A DNA stretch of 64,000 nucleotides from Candidatus Deferrimicrobiaceae bacterium (GTDB taxonomy: Bacteria > Desulfobacterota > Deferrimicrobia > Deferrimicrobiales > Deferrimicrobiaceae), in assembly GCA_963792415.1 (NCBI GenBank), contig CAWBVY010000006.1, forward strand, positions 576,001 through 640,000. Reading direction: 5' to 3'. Below the pieces are notes generated by a model. It was not told the origin of the DNA. It was given only the letters and a program-made list of their open reading frames with translations, and did no database searches. Of this stretch, positions 48,192 to 58,039 are shown piece by piece. The translations under genes were made by a program, and so were the position numbers. Positions within the stretch are counted from its first letter, which is position 1; each line of letters starts with the position of its first letter.

Positions 48192-48785
48192 TCAGGTGAA
48201 CAGGCGACGGACCAGATCGAACGCCCGGGTCACATCGCCCCCCGAAACGACAATGCAGGTGGACCCCTCCCGCTTCCACAGGACGAACGACTTCCCGTCC
48301 CGCTCCCCCGAGACGAACGACCCCTCGGGGAAGATCGCGACGGTGGAAGTCCCGAGAAACCGGTCCCGGGCGGACACCACGAGCAGATACCTCTCCCCCG
48401 CGTAGCGGAACCGCAGCGAGACGACCGGGCGGTTCGGAAACACCTCCCTGCGGACCTCGACGGGGACGAAGTCGGGGTCGTCCCTCGGGAAAGCGATGGG
48501 GACGCCCGCGAGGGCCCGGAACCTCTTTTCCGCCTCAGCGGCATCCGGCGGCGCGTTGACGGCTCCCGTCGACGGTGCGGCATCGAACAGAACGATCGCC
48601 TCGCGGGCGAAGGCGTCGACCCGGCGGACTCCCGTGTCACGGGCGATTCGCCAGCCGACGACGGCGACCATGAGGGTGAGAAAAACAAGGACGAACGCCA
48701 GCCGGGGGCGAAACTCCAGAAGCCCGGCCAGGGACGACGCGTCATCCAATCGGCGCGCCGGGTCTCGGTTCGTCGCACTCCCCAT
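48192..48785 (-). CDS. Hypothetical single-TM protein (anti-sigma-periplasmic-like)
   Basis: One TM helix; in operon context. Confidence 0.5.
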   Translation of the reverse strand: MGSATNRDPARRLDDASSLAGLLEFRPRLAFVLVFLTLMVAVVGWRIARDTGVRRVDAFAREAIVLFDAAPSTGAVNAPPDAAEAEKRFRALAGVPIAFPRDDPDFVPVEVRREVFPNRPVVSLRFRYAGERYLLVVSARDRFLGTSTVAIFPEGSFVSGERDGKSFVLWKREGSTCIVVSGGDVTRAFDLVRRLFT

Positions 48786-48836
48786 CGATCGATCCCCTCC
48801 GACGCCCGCCCGCCACATACCAAGGGTATTGTACGA

Positions 48837-50750
48837 CTACCACTCGACGATTTCCACACCCATGTCTCCGAGCAGCGCCCGGGTGGCCGAGTGAATTTTC
48901 CTGTGAACGAGCACGATCCTCCGTCCCGCGCCACTCGAGGGACCCGGCAGGGAAAGGAACGCGCCCGTGACCCGGATCTCGTATCCCGCCTCCGCGCCCC
49001 CCTTCAGCAGGTACTCCTTCCGCTCTTCCGACACGATTCCCGCCGCCTTCATCAGCCGCTGGAAAATTTCCCTCCCGGAAACGTCCTCTCCCGCCATGAA
49101 GACGGCGTACCCCGATTCCCGGAGGATCGAGCGGATCGCGGGGGACATCCTCCCCGTATCGACGACGTACTTCTTCCCGCCGGCCTCGAAGAGGCGCTCC
49201 GGCGAAACCACGAGCCGGAAGGCGTCCCCCTTCCCGCCCACGCTCAGGCGCTCCCCGGTCCTGGCGGCGATCCCGAGGAGGGAGAGCCCGAAGTCGACCG
49301 CCGGGAGCCCGCCCGTCTTCGGAACCGCGAGGGCCACCGGGATTTCTCCGTCCGACGTATCCTCCTGGATGCCCACGAGGAACCCTTCCATCGCGTTCGG
49401 GTCGTCGGCGTAGGGAAGGACGCGAAGCCCGATGCGGCGGGCGTACCGAAGGACGGCGAGAAGTTCGGGGTCGGGCTTTTCCGGGACCTCTTTCAGCAGG
49501 ATGAGGTCGCCGGAGAGGAGACTGTCCTCGGTCCGCTGGATGACCCAGCGCGCGGGGAGCGCTACCGAAACGGTCTCGCCCATCACCAAGGGCCGTGAGA
49601 TCCCCTCTTTCACGGAATGGTACCCCGACACGCGCAGAATCCGGTCGACCCGCTCCCCCGCGCCGCCCGCGTCGGCGAGAGAGACCACCCGGAGAGATTT
49701 CCACTGGGAGGAGATCGCATCCGCAACGCGGTGGGGGATGCCGCCGCGGAAGTCGATGAGCGCCTCCTTTCCCCCGGAGAACCGCACGACGGGGAAATCG
49801 GACAGTTGCAGCACAACGTCCCCCCCGGAAGGGAGAGGAAGGTACATCGTTCCGCGATCGACCCACTTTTCTCCGATCGCCAGGAAGAGGTCCGACAGGA
49901 GCCCGCGGTACGGAGACCGCGCCGGAGGGGTGACGACCTCCTCCGCGGGCTTCGCCTTCCCCGTTTCCACGACCGACGCCGCCGGGGGGACGGGCTTGGG
50001 AACCAGCAGCTCCGCCCCCGGCTTACCGGCGGCCAGAACGTCCGTGCCCGGGCCGGCGGCGATGTCGCGCGTCAGCGTCGGGGCGGGGGGAACCTCCGGG
50101 GCGGGCATGGCCGTCACCGGGGGCGGGGCGGCCGTCGGCGCGACCTCCGGCGGCGCGATCTTCTCCGGTTCCTCTGCGGCCATCGCCTTTTCCGGCTCCG
50201 CCGGCGGCATCGCTTGCGTGAAGTACTCTTCCGTCGGAAGACGGAGGGTGCGCCCCGCGAAAATCCGGTTCACGTCCGTGACCGACGCGTTGATCTCCCG
50301 GATCGCGTCCAGGTACTTCGGCCGTTGCTGGGCCGGAACGCCCCGGGAGGCGAGGATCTCCAACAGGGTGTCCCCCCGCTCCACCGTGTAGCCGACCGTC
50401 TTGCCGTCGTCCATCGTCTTCGGTCTTCCGCCGGACGGAATGAGAAGCTTCTGGCCCGGCGTGATCCGCGATGGGTCGGGGACCTCCGGGTTGGCCCGCC
50501 GGAATTCCTTGAGGCGCTCCGAGTACCGGTCCGGGGTGAGGGGCTCCTTCCGCTCGAGGAGCTTCCAGAGCGTATCCCCCTTCTCCACCGTGTGCGCCTC
50601 GAAGATGCTCTGCCGCCCGCCCGCCATGTCGGAATAGACCTTCTTCTCGAGGAAGATCCGGGGGGGATCCTCCCTCTCCTGGGCCGCCGCCGGACCCGGC
50701 AGCATCGCGGCCAGAAGGAACGCCAGGGGAAGAAGACGCGCCGGAATCAA
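48837..50750 (-). CDS. Secreted protein with two LysM domains and a Pro/Ala linker
   Basis: HTVEKGDTLW...ITPGQKLLIP and YTVERGDTL...IFAGRTLRLP. Confidence 0.85.
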   Translation of the reverse strand: MIPARLLPLAFLLAAMLPGPAAAQEREDPPRIFLEKKVYSDMAGGRQSIFEAHTVEKGDTLWKLLERKEPLTPDRYSERLKEFRRANPEVPDPSRITPGQKLLIPSGGRPKTMDDGKTVGYTVERGDTLLEILASRGVPAQQRPKYLDAIREINASVTDVNRIFAGRTLRLPTEEYFTQAMPPAEPEKAMAAEEPEKIAPPEVAPTAAPPPVTAMPAPEVPPAPTLTRDIAAGPGTDVLAAGKPGAELLVPKPVPPAASVVETGKAKPAEEVVTPPARSPYRGLLSDLFLAIGEKWVDRGTMYLPLPSGGDVVLQLSDFPVVRFSGGKEALIDFRGGIPHRVADAISSQWKSLRVVSLADAGGAGERVDRILRVSGYHSVKEGISRPLVMGETVSVALPARWVIQRTEDSLLSGDLILLKEVPEKPDPELLAVLRYARRIGLRVLPYADDPNAMEGFLVGIQEDTSDGEIPVALAVPKTGGLPAVDFGLSLLGIAARTGERLSVGGKGDAFRLVVSPERLFEAGGKKYVVDTGRMSPAIRSILRESGYAVFMAGEDVSGREIFQRLMKAAGIVSEERKEYLLKGGAEAGYEIRVTGAFLSLPGPSSGAGRRIVLVHRKIHSATRALLGDMGVEIVEW

Positions 50751-51532
50751 TATTTCTCACCGGTAAAGGTGTCGACGCCCGCGTGCACGCCGACCGTCTT
50801 GTACATCTTCGGGCTTTCCCACGGCTCGTCGAGGATCCCGTCGTGGATCGCCCACGCCCGCCCCCGGACGGTCAGGGCGAGCGAAGGCCGCCGGAACGGC
50901 GTGCTCCCGTCGAGCCGCTCGCACAGCATCCCGCCGGGGCGGAACTCCCTGTCGGTCCACACCATTTTTTCCTTCCCCTTCAAGTACTGGAACCCGGCAC
51001 GCTCGTACAGGATCGCGCTGTTGTACCCCAGCGGTTCAAGAAAGTAAAACTTGTATCCCAGCCGGCCGAAGAAGGCGTCCCAGCACTCCACCATCTCCGA
51101 CATCATCCGCAAGCCCCTGCGCACCTGCCCCGGCGCCAGGCCGGCCTCCATCGCCCGGAGTTCCTCCGGCACGTTTCGCCGCGCGGTCCCGAAGTACGTC
51201 TCGTGACCGTTTTCGTCCCGGTCGATCCCGAACCGCTCCCCCTCGGGATCGTTGACGATGATGAAGGAGATCTCCATCTGCCCGAATGCCGAGGTCGACA
51301 CGTCGAGAAAGTACGCCGCGTCCTTGTCCGCGGGATCCCTCCGAACGTCGATCTGGAAGAACGGCATCTCGTCCGGGCAGGTGAACTTCACGCATTCGAT
51401 CCCGGAAGGATTCCGGAACGTGCGGGGGTCGATCGAAAACATTGAAAAGAGACGGACCGGGACAAGGAGCGACAATAGGGCGGACCGCTCCCCCTCCGGC
51501 ATCCGGTTGAGCTCGCAGATCGTGGTGGGCAA
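50747..51532 (-). CDS. Conserved hypothetical protein, probable GNAT-fold acyltransferase
   Basis: GQVRRGLR (motif A-like) and NSAILYERAGF (motif B). Confidence 0.6.
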   Translation of the reverse strand: MPTTICELNRMPEGERSALLSLLVPVRLFSMFSIDPRTFRNPSGIECVKFTCPDEMPFFQIDVRRDPADKDAAYFLDVSTSAFGQMEISFIIVNDPEGERFGIDRDENGHETYFGTARRNVPEELRAMEAGLAPGQVRRGLRMMSEMVECWDAFFGRLGYKFYFLEPLGYNSAILYERAGFQYLKGKEKMVWTDREFRPGGMLCERLDGSTPFRRPSLALTVRGRAWAIHDGILDEPWESPKMYKTVGVHAGVDTFTGEKY

Positions 51533-51541
51533 CGGTCCCGG

Positions 51542-53335
51542 TCAATCCTTCCCGTAGAGATCGTCGAGAATCCGGCCGTACTTCTCGACCACCACCTTGC
51601 GGCGTACCTTGAGCGTCGGCGTCAGTTCGCCGGTTTCCTGGGAGAAGTCCGTTTCCAGCACCGCGAATTTCTTCACCTGCTCGAAGGTGGCCAGCCCGCG
51701 GTTGACCTCGTCGACCCGCTCGCGGATCAACTCGAGCACCTTGGGGTTCCTCGACAGCGCCTCGACGCTGCGATCCGGGATCCCCTGCTTGGCCGCCCAG
51801 GCGACGATCTCCTCGGGAGCGAGCGTGAGGAGGGCGGTCAGATACTTCTTCCGGTCGCCGAACACGACCGCCTGGCTGACATACCGGTCGTTCTTCAGGA
51901 GATTTTCCAGGTTCTGGGGGGCGATGTTCTTCCCCCCCGAGGTGACGATGATGTCCTTCTTCCGATCTGTGATGCGAAGGAATCCCTCCTCGTCGAGAGC
52001 CCCGATGTCCCCCGTGTGGAACCAGCCGTCCGGGTCGATCGCCTCCCGGGTGGCGGCGGGGTCGTTGAAATACTCGCGGAAGATGTGCGGCCCCCGCACG
52101 AGGATCTCGCCGTCCGCGGCGATCCGGATCTCCGTGCCGGGGAGCGCCTTCCCCACGGTGCCGAACTTGTACCGCTCGAGCCGGTTGACCGTCGTGACCG
52201 TGGAGGTCTCCGTGAGCCCGTACCCCTCGAGGATGAGAACACCGATGGCGTGCAGGAACTCGGCGATCTCCCGCGACAGGGGGGCCCCCCCCGAGATGAA
52301 GAAACGGAGCCTGCCGCCCATCCGTGCCCGGATCTTCTGAAAGACCAACCGGTCGGCGATCCTGCTCTTGAGCGCGAGGATCCCGCCCGGTTCCTCGCCC
52401 CGCTGGCGACACCGCGACGCCTCCCGCCCGACCCCGAGGGCCCACTCGAAGATCGCCTTCTTCAGCCCACCGTCCTCCTCGACCTTCGCCAGCACGCGGG
52501 CGTAGAACTTCTCGTAGAGCCGGGGCACGCTCACCATGATTTCCGGACGGACCGCCGCGAGATCCTCCGCGACCGTCTGAAGGGAACGGGCGAAGGAGGA
52601 GACGGCCATCGCGTCGAAGGCGAGGAAGTGCTCCAGGCGCCCGAGGGAGTGCGCCAGCGGGAGGAACTGGAGGAACATCGACCCCCGGGGAACGTTGACC
52701 GCCTCCAGCGCCGAGGTCACGTTGAAAGCATAGTTGCTGTGGCGCGTCACGACCCCTTTCGGGGGTCCGGTGGTGCCGGAGGTGTAGATGATCGTGAGGT
52801 CATCCGTGGGGAGGATCTCCTCTGCGCGCGCCTCGAGGGCGCCGGGATTCCCGGCGCCGTGCTCCTTCCCGCGTTCCCGCAGCGCGGACAGGGTCGTGGC
52901 GCCCTCCTTCCCCTCGACGCCGCCGGTCATCATCACGACGCTCGAGAGATGAGGCAGGCGTGGCCGGACCCCCGCGACCTTGTTGTACTGCGACTCGTCC
53001 TCGACGAATACGGCCCGCGCGCGCGAGTGGGCCAGGATGTACTCCACCTGGTCCGGGAGATTCGAGGGGTAGATCGGCACCGTGACATATCCACCGAGGG
53101 TGGACCCGATGTCCGCAAGACACCATTCCAGGCGCGTCGTCGCGAGGATCGCCACGCGGTCCCCTCGCGAAAGCCCGAGCGCCATCAGCCCGAGACCGAT
53201 CTCCCGAACCGCGTCGCCGACCTGCCGGTACGTCACCGGCGTGTAGCCGTGGTCGCCCGGGACCATGTACCGGACCGAGTCCCCGCCCTCGGCGATCCGG
53301 TTCAGGAACATCCGGTGAAGCGTCGTCTCCTTCAT
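51542..53335 (-). CDS. Long-chain fatty acid--CoA ligase
   Basis: YTSGTTGPPKG, EGYGLTE, FHTGDIG, LTPTLK. Confidence 0.92.
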   Translation of the reverse strand: MKETTLHRMFLNRIAEGGDSVRYMVPGDHGYTPVTYRQVGDAVREIGLGLMALGLSRGDRVAILATTRLEWCLADIGSTLGGYVTVPIYPSNLPDQVEYILAHSRARAVFVEDESQYNKVAGVRPRLPHLSSVVMMTGGVEGKEGATTLSALRERGKEHGAGNPGALEARAEEILPTDDLTIIYTSGTTGPPKGVVTRHSNYAFNVTSALEAVNVPRGSMFLQFLPLAHSLGRLEHFLAFDAMAVSSFARSLQTVAEDLAAVRPEIMVSVPRLYEKFYARVLAKVEEDGGLKKAIFEWALGVGREASRCRQRGEEPGGILALKSRIADRLVFQKIRARMGGRLRFFISGGAPLSREIAEFLHAIGVLILEGYGLTETSTVTTVNRLERYKFGTVGKALPGTEIRIAADGEILVRGPHIFREYFNDPAATREAIDPDGWFHTGDIGALDEEGFLRITDRKKDIIVTSGGKNIAPQNLENLLKNDRYVSQAVVFGDRKKYLTALLTLAPEEIVAWAAKQGIPDRSVEALSRNPKVLELIRERVDEVNRGLATFEQVKKFAVLETDFSQETGELTPTLKVRRKVVVEKYGRILDDLYGKD

Positions 53336-53399
53336 AGCCCCCCCTGGCACAGCGTCTCTCCCGACACCACCGCGCCCTCTTCCGTCCTTTTTTCCCTTT

Positions 53400-55073
53400 T
53401 CAACGGAAGAAGGGCGCGACGTCCTCGTAGGTTACCATCCCGGACCGGAGCATCTCCTGCACCGATTGCGTGGCGGAGTATAAATCCTCCTGTATGATCC
53501 GCGACAGCTTCTCCTCAAACGAGCTCTCCGATGCGACGATGTTCTGTACCCCCGGTGTGAAGGGGACCAGCTCGATGAGCGCCATCCGTCCGGAGAAGCC
53601 CGTCCCGCCGCACTTCGGACACCCGGAGGGAAGGTAGAACGAGGCGTCCGCGAGGATCCGCTCGAGTTCGTCCCGGTACCGCTCCCCCACCATCCGCAAG
53701 GAGGGCTTCGCGGGAACCGGGCGGCGGCATTCCATGCAGAGCAGTTTCACCAGCCGCTGGTGCAGGACAAGTCGCATGACGTGCGCGAGGATGAACGGGT
53801 CCACGTCGAGGGTCAGCACCGTGCGAAGCGTCCGGTCGAAGTTGAACCTCCGGATGCCGCACAGCACAAGGGGCCCTGCCTGCGCGAGGTGCAGCAGGCC
53901 GCCAAGGGCCGCCGGATCGGGCAGGTGCTCGATCATCAGGATGTCGGGGTCAAGGGACTCCGCCAGCCGGGACCAGTCGCCGGAATACCGCTCCTGCGCC
54001 TGACGCCGATCCATCTGTATATACCCCTCGTTCCGGAACCGGTGGCGCTCCTCGACGGTGATGGTGCGGAGGCCGGGCCGATACCCCTCGCGGAGCATGG
54101 CGAACAGGGTGGTGGCGATCCCCTCGGGGCCAGGGGACGACACGAGGAAGAGCCCGCTCCTCTTTCGGAGGATCTTTTCGGTGATGTCGAGCTGGCCGGC
54201 GTTGAGGCCGACAGAGGCGAGGGAGATCCCCGCCCGCAGGTCGGGGAGAATCTTCACGATCACCTCGGGTCCGGAGAGACCACGCAGGAAACTCGCCTGG
54301 AAGGCGACGACCCCGGCCTCGGACTCGAGGTGGAAGACCGTCTCGAGGGGAAGGACCGGCCCGCCCGGGGCGCCCGCAAGTTCCAGGAACGCGTCGTAGA
54401 GCGGTCTCCGGAACCGGAGGGGGAAGGAGAGGAGGCGCACGGGCGTCCCCCCCTGGGAGCGACCCTCGATCACCACGTCCCGGCCGACGGGGGACATCCG
54501 GACGCCCGACATCCCGCAGGACGCCGCGTGGAGCAGGATCTGCCCGCAAACCCGCTTCCTCCCCCCCTCGGAGAGCCACTTCTCGGCCTCTTCCAGGGAA
54601 ATCGCGCCTTCCCCGAGGTCGAACGGCTCGAGACCGGACGGGTCGGGGTAGAAGCGGGCAAGGATCTCCCTGATCGTCCGCCCTGGGCATACCACCAAGC
54701 GTAGAGAGAGCCCCGTCATCTCCTCGAGGACCGCGAACGCCCCGTGGCAAAACGGGTCGGTCACGGCCACGGTCACCCGGTCCCCTTCCCGGGCGATCGG
54801 AACGATCCGGTTCTTCCGGGCCAGCGCTTCGGGGAACAGGTGGGCGAGATCGAGGGAAATGGAGTCGGGTTCGACCTCGAGAAACGGGATCCCGAGCGAT
54901 TCCGAGAGAATCCATGCGCGCGCGTCGGGGTGCAGCCGGTCCGCAAGGAGGGCGGCCTCGGTCAGCGGGATCCCGAGGGACGAGGAACGCCCCCTCATCT
55001 CCTTCAGGTCGTCGGGAGTGAGGTAGCCGAGCGCGCGGAACTTCTCGAGGAGATCGTCAGGCGCGGATTGCAC
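53400..55073 (-). CDS. GspE/PilB-like protein with degenerate ATPase motifs
   Basis: MshEN/GspE-N-like region, TITVEE, QRLVKLLCMEC...CPKCGGTGFSGR; Walker A reads SPGPEGIATT. Confidence 0.75.
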   Translation of the reverse strand: MQSAPDDLLEKFRALGYLTPDDLKEMRGRSSSLGIPLTEAALLADRLHPDARAWILSESLGIPFLEVEPDSISLDLAHLFPEALARKNRIVPIAREGDRVTVAVTDPFCHGAFAVLEEMTGLSLRLVVCPGRTIREILARFYPDPSGLEPFDLGEGAISLEEAEKWLSEGGRKRVCGQILLHAASCGMSGVRMSPVGRDVVIEGRSQGGTPVRLLSFPLRFRRPLYDAFLELAGAPGGPVLPLETVFHLESEAGVVAFQASFLRGLSGPEVIVKILPDLRAGISLASVGLNAGQLDITEKILRKRSGLFLVSSPGPEGIATTLFAMLREGYRPGLRTITVEERHRFRNEGYIQMDRRQAQERYSGDWSRLAESLDPDILMIEHLPDPAALGGLLHLAQAGPLVLCGIRRFNFDRTLRTVLTLDVDPFILAHVMRLVLHQRLVKLLCMECRRPVPAKPSLRMVGERYRDELERILADASFYLPSGCPKCGGTGFSGRMALIELVPFTPGVQNIVASESSFEEKLSRIIQEDLYSATQSVQEMLRSGMVTYEDVAPFFR

Positions 55074-55138
55074 GGGGCGCCACCCTCCCGTGTTTATTTT
55101 CAACTTTATTAAATCGGTGCCGGAAAGTAAAATCATTA

Positions 55139-55522
55139 ATGCCCGTAGCGGATATCATCTTCCGAGGAGAGCCGCATTTGCCCCGTCGCATCATGATCAC
55201 GCTTGCCGCGGTGGCCGCGCTACTTTCCTGCGCCGGCTGCATCGTAACGACGGCGGCCTACGACGCGAAGGTGCGCGAGGTCGATGCTCTCCGGGATGCG
55301 TACGCCTCGTCGAACCGGGAAAAATCGCGACTTGCCGGCGAGGTCGAGACTCTCTCGAAGCAGGTCGCAGGGCAGAAGACCGACCTTCAGGAGCTTTCCT
55401 CCCGGGCAGACGCGTGCGAAGCGGTGCTGGCGCTTGAGGACCGGGAATCGGCCGACCGCAACCGGGAACTTGCGGGGCTTCGCGAAAAGACGGTGACGAA
55501 GGGAAAGACCGTCGCGCGATAG
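55139..55522 (+). CDS. Coiled-coil lipoprotein resembling the N-terminal part of OmpA/MotB-type lipoproteins
   Basis: CAGC lipobox followed by heptad-rich helix; no OmpA domain. Confidence 0.55.
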   Translation: MPVADIIFRGEPHLPRRIMITLAAVAALLSCAGCIVTTAAYDAKVREVDALRDAYASSNREKSRLAGEVETLSKQVAGQKTDLQELSSRADACEAVLALEDRESADRNRELAGLREKTVTKGKTVAR

Positions 55523-55543
55523 TCGGAGTAGGGCATACGGCCG

Positions 55544-55698
55544 CCCCACTCCCGTACGAAGTGCGCTCCCTGGGGTACCCCACTGCAGGAAAAACGGGGG
55601 CGCCCCACTCCCGTATGGAGTGCGCTCCCTGGGGTACCCCACTGTAGGAAAAACGGGGGCACCCCACTCCCGTACGGAGTGCGCTCCCTGGGGTACCC
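55544..55698. repeat. 59-bp tandem palindromic repeat, about 2.6 copies (REP-like)
   Basis: Units start at 55544, 55603 and 55662: ccccactcccgtacggagtgcgctccctggggtaccccactgYaggaaaaacgggggcR. Confidence 0.92.
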
Positions 55699-55737
55699 GG
55701 GCTGGGAGTGACCCGACCGAGCAACAGGAGGAACCGA

Positions 55738-56343
55738 ATGGACGTCTTCGAGACAATGAAAGGCCGGCAAAGCATCCGGAAGTTCCGGAAGGACCCGGTC
55801 CCGAGGGAACACATCCTGCGGATGGCGGAAGCCGCGTCCTGGGCGCCCACGGCGGGAAATGCGCAGAACTTCCGGTTCATCGCGGTCCAGGAGCGGGAGA
55901 CGATCGCCCGGATGCGGGGTATCGTCGACGAGATCGTCTCGCGCGTCACGGGGAACGAGCCCGCCGGGGGAAAGGCGACCTACCACAACCTGTTCGCCTT
56001 CGCCCCCGCCGTGATCTGCGTGGTCGGCGCACCCTACGAATCGGCGACGGACAAGGCGCTCCGCGAGAAGGACCCCGAGCGGTACAAGGCGCGCCGTTTC
56101 CAGGTGAACCCCGGGCTTCAGGGGATCTCGGCAGGGATCACCCAGTTCCTCCTTGCGGCCTGCGCGCTGGGGTACGGCACCTGCTGGATGACCGGTCCGC
56201 TGATCGCGAAGGCGGAGCTCGAATCGGCGCTCTCCGTCCGGCATCCGGAAGAGTTGGTGGCGATCATCGCCGTGGGGAAACCGGACGCGTCCCCCCCGAA
56301 ACCGCCGCGCAAGCCGGCGTCGGAGATCACGACGTTCAGGTAG
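55738..56343 (+). CDS. Nitroreductase-family protein
   Basis: RQSIRKF, APTAGNAQ, LGYGTCW. Confidence 0.9.
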   Translation: MDVFETMKGRQSIRKFRKDPVPREHILRMAEAASWAPTAGNAQNFRFIAVQERETIARMRGIVDEIVSRVTGNEPAGGKATYHNLFAFAPAVICVVGAPYESATDKALREKDPERYKARRFQVNPGLQGISAGITQFLLAACALGYGTCWMTGPLIAKAELESALSVRHPEELVAIIAVGKPDASPPKPPRKPASEITTFR

Positions 56344-56389
56344 CCAGAAACCGATGTCGATATAGTGTCGGGGTGCGTATGGAACGCTC

Positions 56390-57340
56390 ATGAAGCGAGT
56401 CGCCTGGATCTACCACCCCGACTACCTCCTCCACACGCCTCCGTTCGAACACCCCGAGTCCCCGGAGCGCCTCGTCGCCATCACCGATCATCTCGGGAGG
56501 GTCGGTCTGATCGAGCGGATGGTCCCGGTAACGCCGGAGTATCCCGAAGACGCGGATATCCTTTCCGTCCACGACCGGAAATATCTGAACCGGCTGGAGA
56601 CCGCCTGCCGGCGCGGCGACTTCACCCTCGACTCGGAGGACACCTACCTCAACCGGCACTCCTTCAACATCGCGCTCCTGTCCGCGGGAGGCGCGATCGC
56701 GGGGGCGAAGGCGGTGGCGGAAGGGACGGTCGACCGCGCCTTCTGCGCCGTCCGGCCTCCGGGCCACCACGCGGGACGGGACGTGGGGATGGGGTTCTGC
56801 CTCCTCAACAACGCGGCCATCGCGGCCCGGTACCTCCAGGCGAGGCACGGCGTGGGAAAGGTCCTCATCGTCGACTGGGACGTCCACCACGGCAACGGCA
56901 CGCAGAATATCTTCCTCGAGGACCCGGCGGTCTTCTATTTCAGCATCCACGAGCACCCCACCTTCCTCTACCCCGGCACCGGCCGCCGGTGGGAAATCGG
57001 CAAGGGGAAGGGGGAAGGCGCGACGCTCAACGCCCCGATGGCCCCCGGCGCGGGGGACGCGGAGTTCCGGACGACCTTCGAACAGACGCTCGAGCCGGCC
57101 GTGGAACGGTTCCGGCCGGAGATCATTCTCGTCTCGGCGGGGTTCGACGCCCACCGCGACGACCCGCTGGCGGACCTCCTTGTGACGGAGGAAGGGTTCC
57201 GCTTCATGACCCGCCACATCCTCGCGCTGGCCGACCGGTTCTGCGGCGGGAAGGTCGTCTCGATCCTCGAGGGAGGGTACGAAACCTCCTCGCTCACGTC
57301 CTGCATCGAAATTCACATCCGGGAGCTCCTCGGCGAGTGA
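56390..57340 (+). CDS. Zn-dependent deacylase (HDAC/AcuC family)
   Basis: HPESPER, RPPGHHA, GFC, DWDVHHGNGTQ, SAGFDAH, LEGGY. Confidence 0.93.
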   Translation: MKRVAWIYHPDYLLHTPPFEHPESPERLVAITDHLGRVGLIERMVPVTPEYPEDADILSVHDRKYLNRLETACRRGDFTLDSEDTYLNRHSFNIALLSAGGAIAGAKAVAEGTVDRAFCAVRPPGHHAGRDVGMGFCLLNNAAIAARYLQARHGVGKVLIVDWDVHHGNGTQNIFLEDPAVFYFSIHEHPTFLYPGTGRRWEIGKGKGEGATLNAPMAPGAGDAEFRTTFEQTLEPAVERFRPEIILVSAGFDAHRDDPLADLLVTEEGFRFMTRHILALADRFCGGKVVSILEGGYETSSLTSCIEIHIRELLGE

Positions 57341-57364
57341 TCCCGGCCCACGGAGGGTGGTCCA

Positions 57365-58021
57365 ATGTTCGTCGCACGCAGAATGAAGAAAAATATCGTG
57401 ACGGTCGCCCCGTCCGCGTCCCTCTTCGAGGCGCAGCGCATGATGCGGGAGAACACCATACGTCAGATCCCGGTGGTCTCGGAGGACGGCACCCTGCTCG
57501 GGATCGTCTCCGACAGGGACATCCGGGCCGCGGTGCTCCCCGCGGGCCTGGTGCCGGGATTCACTTCCGGGGAGGCGGAGAAGTTCATGAAGAGCACCCC
57601 CGTGGAGCGGGTGATGACCCGCAAGGTCGTCACCGCCACGCTCACCGACACGCTGGAAGACGCGATCGTCCTGCTGCACGACTTCCGGGTGAACGGCTTG
57701 CCGGTCGTGGACAGCGCGGGGAAAGTCGCCGGGATCATCACCCGGACCGACGTGCTGGAGGCGTTCATCGACGCCCTCGGGGTAGGCGAGGTCTCCTCCC
57801 GCCTCGAGGTCGTCGTCCCCGACCGGCCCGGAATGCTCGCGCAGCTGGCGGCGATCATCGGCTCCTTCCACGTGAACATCACGAGCGTGGTCTCCATCGG
57901 GCACGAGAAAGGGAAGCGGGCGGACTTTCTCCGGGTCGCCACGCTGAACGTCGGGCCGATCCGGAAGGCGATCGAGGAGGCGGGGTTCGAGATCCTCGAC
58001 CCCTCGAAGTTTATTCTGTGA
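57365..58021 (+). CDS. Second AcuB-like CBS-pair + ACT protein
   Basis: IRQIPV, GIVSDRDI, GIITRTD, DRPGML. Confidence 0.88.
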   Translation: MFVARRMKKNIVTVAPSASLFEAQRMMRENTIRQIPVVSEDGTLLGIVSDRDIRAAVLPAGLVPGFTSGEAEKFMKSTPVERVMTRKVVTATLTDTLEDAIVLLHDFRVNGLPVVDSAGKVAGIITRTDVLEAFIDALGVGEVSSRLEVVVPDRPGMLAQLAAIIGSFHVNITSVVSIGHEKGKRADFLRVATLNVGPIRKAIEEAGFEILDPSKFIL

Positions 58022-58039
58022 AGAGGACCCTCCCGCCCG

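Noticed and set aside
55544-55698. CRISPR array
   Set aside because: Intervening sequences are near-identical rather than unique spacers, and there are no cas genes.
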